From the NCBI RefSeq assembly GCF_964194155.1, contig NC_135892.1, positions 3,472,001 through 3,536,000 on the forward strand: a stretch of DNA of 64,000 nt, in the 5' to 3' direction. The translations under genes and the position numbers were made by a program. Each line of letters starts with the position of its first letter. Position 1 is the stretch's first letter. This document shows positions 57,656 through 64,000 of this stretch, piece after piece. The notes under the pieces are model-generated. The model was given only the letters and a program-made list of their open reading frames with translations, was not told the DNA's origin and ran no database searches. This stretch comes from Cetorhinus maximus. Lineage: Eukaryota.

Positions 57656-59521
57656 TTATACTGCAGTCTGATTGGCTTCAAGCTCCATGTAGTTATCGGC
57701 TGCAGGGTTGCGGACGGCAGCTTTTCCCGGGATTTGGAGTGAGGATGATCCCGCCGCTTGGATCCAGCTGTAGAAGTCGCCGGCCTGGTTGACCTTCTCT
57801 GCCCCTGCTCTGTGGCGGCGGTACACAAACAAAGCCACAGAGCAAAGGAGGAGCAGCAGGGCAGCGACTGAGCCCAGGACACAGGGCAGCAGCCAAACTC
57901 TGCCTTCCTCCTGGGTTTTCACCTGGTTGGGGGTCCTGTCTCTGCCCGTGGGCTCTCTGGCTATTGGCAAAGTGACGGGTGAGCCGCTCCCGCTGCTGAA
58001 GTCCTCCAGCGTCCCACCCCACTGTCCTGTTTGGAGGGGGCCGCCTCGCCTTCCTGGCTGAGTAGCTGCAGGGTCAGTGTGCCTGGGGGCGGTGCCCAGG
58101 GGAGTGGCAGCTGACGTGGGTGCCCGCCCGCTTCCGGCTGACATCAAACCCAGGGCCGTGGCAAGAAGCGTGGTGGCCGCGTCCTCCGGGGCACAGGACA
58201 CACCATCTGCGGCCAGCGTGTAACCCCCACCGCAGGAGCACCGGAAACTGCCCTCAGTGTTGGAGCACGTCCCCTGGCAGGGGTGCTCGGCGCATTCATC
58301 CAGGTCGATGCAGGAGTGCCCGCTGCTGACGTAGCCCTCTCCGCAGTGGCACCGGTAGGAGCCCGCCGTGTTCTGGCACGCCTGGGCGCACGGCCAGCCG
58401 GCGCACTCGTCCAGATCCTGGCACCGCCCGGCCACGAGGGTGAAGCCCTCGGCGCACTCGCAGCGGAAGCTCCCCGGTGAGTTGACGCAGAGCTGGGGGC
58501 AGGGAGAGGCCCGGGCGCACTCGTCGGCGTCCAGGCAGCTGCGCCCGTCTCCCGCCAGCTCGTAGCCCGGGGGGCAGGCGCACCGGAAGCCCGCCCAGGA
58601 GTTGAGGCACCGGTATTCGCAGGGGTGCCCCCGGCAGTGGTCCAGCGGCTGGCAGGAGTGCCGGTCGCTCCCCAGCTGGTACCCCGCATGGCACCGGCAG
58701 TGGTGGCCCTTCGCCCCGTCGTCCACACAAACCTGGGCGCAGCCCCCATTGCCGGTGCCGCAGCCAGTGGCCGGGGCACAGAATGGACCATCCGTCGACC
58801 AGCCGTACAATGCCGGGCCTCGCTCCAGGCACATGACATACCCCCCGGCAGGGGTGCCCTCACAGGACACGGCTGCCAGCGAGCCAAAGGGCACCAGGGT
58901 CAAGGAGGGGCTCTTGGCGTTGAAGGGGGTGCTGTAGGTGACCGAGCCCGGCCCGCTCAGCTCAATGGCCTGGCACATGCCCTTAAAGCTGAACTTACAC
59001 AGGTAGCCATCCAGGCCCGGGGAGCAGACCCCGTCTGACCACTCGAAGCCCCCCGAGCCGCCCCGGGGGTAAGGGACCTCCAGGTGGACGCACCGGCGGG
59101 CGGTGCAGGTGCCCCGCGGCTCCCTGGCCCAGTTGGTGTAGGTGGTCTCCTCGCCCCCCGAGGTCCAGAGGAAGCCCCTCAGGGGCTTGTGCTGCTGGGT
59201 GCAGTGCCGGCGGGGCAGCTGGAGACCCAGCCAGAACCTCCGCCGGCCGCCGGGCGGGGGGTGGACGGGGTCGGGGTCGGGGTCCGGCACGGGGAGGGCG
59301 GCGAGCAAGGCGTGGATGTGCTGAGCCTCCCCTGCACCCTTGGCCGTGGCCAGGTCGCCTCCGTTGGCCCTGCAGCTCTCCAGCGCTGCCTGGAAAGGCT
59401 GGCTGCCCATGTGCACCGTGTAACAGGCATTGCTGGCACACACCGTGTGTGAGGGCACTGCCAACTGACCCCTCACTGGCACTGGCACCAGCAGCAGCAG
59501 CAACACCAGCAGCAGCAACAT
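57656..59521 (-). CDS. CD93: CD93 (C1qRp, group XIV C-type lectin), 621 aa in one ORF
   Basis: Signal peptide; CTLD (ACYTVH, GGDLAT, FWLGLQ..C..KPLRGFLW..GGEETTYTNW, DGYLCKFSFKGMC); VTYSTPF..VPFGSLAAVSC; five EGFs; mucin-like stalk; TM; tail YRRHRA..DFYSW. Syntenic with THBD. Confidence 0.95.
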   Translation of the reverse strand: MLLLLVLLLLLVPVPVRGQLAVPSHTVCASNACYTVHMGSQPFQAALESCRANGGDLATAKGAGEAQHIHALLAALPVPDPDPDPVHPPPGGRRRFWLGLQLPRRHCTQQHKPLRGFLWTSGGEETTYTNWAREPRGTCTARRCVHLEVPYPRGGSGGFEWSDGVCSPGLDGYLCKFSFKGMCQAIELSGPGSVTYSTPFNAKSPSLTLVPFGSLAAVSCEGTPAGGYVMCLERGPALYGWSTDGPFCAPATGCGTGNGGCAQVCVDDGAKGHHCRCHAGYQLGSDRHSCQPLDHCRGHPCEYRCLNSWAGFRCACPPGYELAGDGRSCLDADECARASPCPQLCVNSPGSFRCECAEGFTLVAGRCQDLDECAGWPCAQACQNTAGSYRCHCGEGYVSSGHSCIDLDECAEHPCQGTCSNTEGSFRCSCGGGYTLAADGVSCAPEDAATTLLATALGLMSAGSGRAPTSAATPLGTAPRHTDPAATQPGRRGGPLQTGQWGGTLEDFSSGSGSPVTLPIAREPTGRDRTPNQVKTQEEGRVWLLPCVLGSVAALLLLLCSVALFVYRRHRAGAEKVNQAGDFYSWIQAAGSSSLQIPGKAAVRNPAADNYMELEANQTAV

Positions 59522-60260
59522 CCTTTAAGGCACAGCCACGGGGAATAATATACTCGATTTGCAAACACACACACACACACACACAGCAGCCCCGACAACC
59601 TGCAGACGGTCGGCGAACCAGGATCCAAGCAGAATGTGCGGCGGAATATTTCACATTTGCTGCTTTTGACAGCAGCTCAAGAGACGTCCTTTGTCGCTGT
59701 CAGCGATTCTCCCACGGTTTTTCCAGCCTCGCTTCTAGCGGAAGCGATGAAGAAGCCGCTTGGGACTGGCCATGTTAGCATTCCATTGCCCCCTTGACAT
59801 TCCCCATGTGGGAAACGGGACTTCAAAGGAGTTAAAGGCATCTTTCACATGCATCCCCTTCATCTCCCCCTCCCCGCTGGACACTGCTTTCCATCACTGA
59901 GCTTTGCACTAAAATGTTTTGACATTATCTCTATGTCAGTGCTTCACAATCTAGAGCAAGGCATGAGCACTCAGATGACTTTGCCAGATTGACTGAAATG
60001 ACCCTAAACGTAAGGTGGGGTTGCAAATACTCAATGTGCCTTGTCTTATGATTAATGCAATGCATTATTAGTGGAAAATGAAGAGTGACCTTGTTAATGT
60101 GATAGCAGAGCTAGATGCCTTTGGAAAGTAGTCCCCTTAGGCCCGCCCCAACTCCCCCCCCCTCAACCGAGATCTTTACCGCGGAGGTCGTGGGAAAGTT
60201 CCATGGTAACAGCTGTATTCACTCCCTTTAAACGTGCGATTGGGAACTTTGTTTTATTTA
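59522..60260 (-). promoter_or_regulatory. Putative CD93 5' UTR/promoter
   Basis: (CA)n ~59565-59585, CpG-rich to ~59760, TGTGGGAA at 59807, GC box ~60141, and CGTGGGAA at 60189 overlapping GGGAAAGTTCC. Confidence 0.45.
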
Positions 60261-61164
60261 CTTTTTTTAAAAATAGATTTTACCCAAAGATTTCACCTAA
60301 GTTAAAACACGTATTCAATTGAAGAAGACTTACTTTTCACCAGGAAAACAAAAAAAAAGCCTTGATATTTCCCAAGCTGATTTGATTTTGGAAAGGATGG
60401 AACCCATTCCCAGAAGACCTGGAATTCTTCATTCAAGCCAAGCTGTGAATCCTCAGGAGCTTCTGTAGAGAAAAATTACAGTGCGATCCAAAACAAAACC
60501 ATGTCCGTCTTGGGAGCCATAGTTCAAAAATGTCTACTTATTATAATTAATGAGTTTCAATCGCTTCTTACATTATTTAAAAGCTACCTAGGGTATAGTT
60601 TAAAAAAAAGAGCAAATATTCACAGACCATATATCCTGTTGATTGTTTTAAACATACCAGAATTCAGGAATTCTGTAGGAATCAGCCATGAGTATATTTT
60701 CCCACCAAGTATTAAATGAAAGCAAAGAAAAATGCTGTGGAACAATCTTACATTAATTATACCTGCAGGGTCGAAACAAACACCAGAATCATACAATTAC
60801 TTGGAGGTTGAATTACACTGTGGTAAACTGCAGTTCACTTGACCTTATATGTAGGATCTTGGCTTGCTGGCAGTGTGTTACAATACATTGGGCCATATTT
60901 TGCAGTGGAAATAATGGTGTGGTTACTAGTGGTCACTGGTATTTACTTGCAAATCAGGCAGCAAATTCCGCTGTATGTGCATATGCAGTTAACTGTGGAA
61001 ATCTAGGAGTTGGCTATCCAGAATGCCTACTCCTTCAAAAGCTGCGCAAAAACAGCATCTTGCCATCTGACCCATCTTTTCAATGTATTGAATTTTCTGT
61101 ATTTACATGGGATTACCTAGCAGTTACAGCACACTGCGTTTGGTATAACTGGTCCATATCAGTG

Positions 61165-61460
61165 TCATAACCCTGCACATTCTTTCTTTCAGATAATAAT
61201 CCAATTCCCTCTTGAACACCTCGATTGAATCCGCTTCCGCTGCACTTTCAGGCAACGCATTCCAGATCTTAACCACTCCCTGTGTGAAAAGGTTTCTCCT
61301 CATGTCTCCATTGCTTCTTTTGCCAATTATCTTAAATCTGTGTCCCCTCATCCTTCCCCCAGCTGCTTTGTCCAGACCCCTCTTGATTTTGAACACCTCA
61401 ATCAAATCTCCTCTCAACCTTCTCTTCTCCAAGGAAAGCAGTCCCAACTTCTCCAATCTA
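61165..61460 (-). mobile_element. CR1 3' fragment
   Basis: ORF 61124..61456: LEKRRLRGDLIEVFKI..WNALP. Confidence 0.88.
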
Positions 61461-61849
61461 TGTCAATGCAAGATACCAACACAGTGGCCCTTTAAAGATT
61501 TAATATGAAGTAACTTGGGAAAAAAACACATCTCTTACATTCCATATTCTAACATATGTCTTTTTCTTTCCAGTTTCAGGGGAAGGTCAGTTAACAGGCA
61601 GCAGTGTATGTAGAACAGGGAAGGAGCATGTCACCTACCCTATGACGCCTGACTTTTCACAAGGTGAGAGCCCTGATGGTTCTGAAACTAGAGTTAATGA
61701 AATGAATAGTACAGGTTGTGTTTGGAAGCTTCCTCCAAGTTTAAAGCAGGCAACATCTTCTGCTTTTCATTATTTAAATCCTTACTCATGCATTTATTCA
61801 GAGACATATAGTGAATACTTGCCACAAAAAAAACATGTATATTCTGTTT

Positions 61850-62170
61850 CTTTTTTATTCATTCATGAGATGAGGCCATCACTGGCTAGGCCAGCATTTA
61901 TTGCCACCCCGAACTGCCCGCTGTTCAGAGGGCATTTAAGAGTCAACCACATTGCTGTGGGTCTGGAGTCACATGTAGGACAGAGCAAGTGAGGGCAGCA
62001 GATTTCCTTCCCTAAAGGACAGTAGTGAACCAGATGGGTTTTTGTGACAATTGACCATTTCATGGTCATTATCAGGCTTTCAGTGAAGTCAAATTTCATC
62101 ATCTGCCAGAGCGTTACCCTGGGTCCCTAGAATACTAGCTAGTGACAATAGCACTATGCCACCACCTCCC
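61850..62170 (-). mobile_element. tRNA-headed SINE (family of 6003 and 55945)
   Basis: attgctgtgggtctggagtcacatgtagg..tttccttccctaaaggac; head ggtggtggcatagtg. Confidence 0.8.
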
Positions 62171-62286
62171 CACTTTGAAGATTGACTGTCATCAGCATTC
62201 TAAAATCTAAAATATATGAAAATATTCTTAAAAAAGGAGGCTGGAATTCTGAAATAAAAACAGGATATGATGGGAATACTCAGCAG

Positions 62287-62455
62287 CAATGCTCCCTCTA
62301 AGCTGTGCAGTAGCCCAAATGTCCCCAGACAGGCCACGTCCAAGTGGGCCCCTTTAAATTACCACTCGTGCGCAGACGTGCAAAATAAAATTAAAGGGAC
62401 AGTGCGCTTGAAAAAATTCTCCATGCATTTCAAAAAAAAATTGGAGGGAATGTCG
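62287..62455. mobile_element. 169-bp hAT-type MITE
   Basis: TIRs CAATGCTCCCTCTAA / TTGGAGGGAATGTCG; 8-bp flanks ctcagcag / tgcagcag. Confidence 0.7.
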
Positions 62456-62500
62456 TGCAGCAGGTCAGGCAGCATCTGTGGAGAGAGAAACAAAGCTAAT

Positions 62501-63122
62501 GGGCAGGATTTTACGTCCCACAGGTGGGCGTGTGCCCAACCTGATGGGGTGTAAAATAGCGGTGTTATTTCGGTCGGCGGGTGAGGAGAGTTGACAGCGT
62601 GCCCGCCGACAATTAAGAGGCCTTTTAAGGCCCTCAATCAAGTAATTGAAAGCAATTTTTCACTGCCCATCCAACCTTACGGTTGGCGGGTGGGAGAATC
62701 GGCCAGATGACTTTTGAATTTTTTATGAAACTTCATCCACGGGCGGTATGAGGTTTCCGACAATAATTTAGAAAAATAAAATTTTTTAAACATAATTCTT
62801 ATTATGTTTCTGCTATTGTTACTGAGTTCTATGTCGGGACGTGTTTTTAACATATAAAACATTTTTTCTTTTTGATTGTACAATTCTTCGGCTCCCTGCT
62901 TTCAGGGAACTTTCAGTGCGCGCTCCCCAACACATGCGCAGACTACTGCGCGTGTTCTTCCCCCTGCCCCACCCCGGCAGCACTTACCCCCTCAGTGCAT
63001 CTTTCATTGGTTGTTAATTAGCCAGCCAGCATGAAACTCCGATCAGGGCCCGCTCGCGGGCAGCGGACTGTTTTGCCGCTGCTCCCCGGGCCCACCTGCC
63101 CGACAGCTGGAAAATCCGGCCC
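62501..63122 (+). mobile_element. Harbinger-type MITE (622 bp)
   Basis: TIRs GGGCAGGATTTT / AAAATCCGGCCC, perfect TSD AAT; removal restores the host Penelope pLTR (aagctaatgtttcaggtc). Confidence 0.9.
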
Positions 63123-64000
63123 AATGTTTCAGGTCAATGGCCTTACCCTTCCCAAAATGCATTCTCGTTCTGTTCCTGTCAGCACCCAAGAGCAAAAATG
63201 TCGCGGAGCCTAGTGTGCAGACTCAACCAAACACCTTCAATTACGCCGTATCACCCCAACCCCAAGCTTATCCGGTTAGGAAGCTAAAAGTTGGGACCGC
63301 AGATGCTCGCATGATCTATCCAGTTCTCTTGGTGTGAGGCAGGTTTGAACAGCTAGGGCAAAAATACTTTTTATTCATGGCTCCTGATGTATTGTTAAAG
63401 GGCAATAGCTGTGATGGTATAACTGGCCAGGGAATTAGACACACTGGAAGATGATTATTTTGCATCATCTGTTAGACCCAGCACAAGTTCCTTGCTGATA
63501 GATTGGCCATGCAGACGTATCTTCAAGACTGAACAGGGCCAACATCTGTCATTGGTTGACTGTTCTGGTCTTGTACCTCCTGTGTAACAAGGTCCCCTTT
63601 TCAGGGTGAAGCTAGATAGGGCACATCAGGCACACCTTTCGACTTGGTCGTACTGCACTTTCCCTGATCAATCCAGTTGCATGAGCCTTAAGGATATCAA
63701 TGACCATGCTCCACCAAGGCAACATATTTTACTGAACAATCTTTATAAACTTCTCCAGATCAGTGATGTTTCTTTAAATGCTGGAGAGAGATCAGGCTGT
63801 GAGGAAAGCAAAGCTCTGAACTTTATATTCTGTAATTTTATAAGAGGTTTTGGACGAGTCAATATTTTGCAAATTAACCTGCGCCTCTACTAGTTACATT
63901 AAAGAAGTTGGGTTGCCAACTCTCCAAGGTTATCCTGATGTTTCTGGGAATTGAAGCTTGAACTCACGGAGTCATAAATAATTCATTTGTCATTGTAGGG

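Noticed and set aside
59514-59524. Identical start context AGGATGTTGCT in THBD and CD93
   Set aside because: Only 11 nt and largely explained by Kozak plus Met-Leu-Leu signal-peptide constraints.

Overview
Vertebrate genomic DNA, almost certainly from a cartilaginous fish (shark/ray), judged from its repeat repertoire: HER1-like CR1 LINEs, Deu-domain SINEs, Penelope and Harbinger elements. It holds three single-ORF, GC-rich genes in the same order and orientation as human 20p11.21: a somatostatin receptor on + (SSTR4 by synteny and sequence, 11261-12397), thrombomodulin on - (THBD, 26220-27923) and CD93 on - (57656-59521). Most of the rest is layered, often nested transposon debris: CR1, L2 and a second L2/Crack-like LINE family, SINEs, Penelope copies with 13-14 bp TSDs and hammerhead-ribozyme motifs, a decayed Harbinger plus its MITEs, hAT MITEs, Gypsy relics and a complete gag-protease-only LTR element. 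There are two assembly gaps. I did not find a clearly new biological system. The best leads are the ribozyme-tipped foldback element, the RT-less LTR element, a missing cysteine in the thrombin-binding EGF5 of THBD, an SSTR2-type residue in the SSTR4 pocket and a proteoglycan-type motif in CD93. All homology calls come from recalled sequences and reading by eye, not searches. Repeat boundaries without TSDs are approximate.
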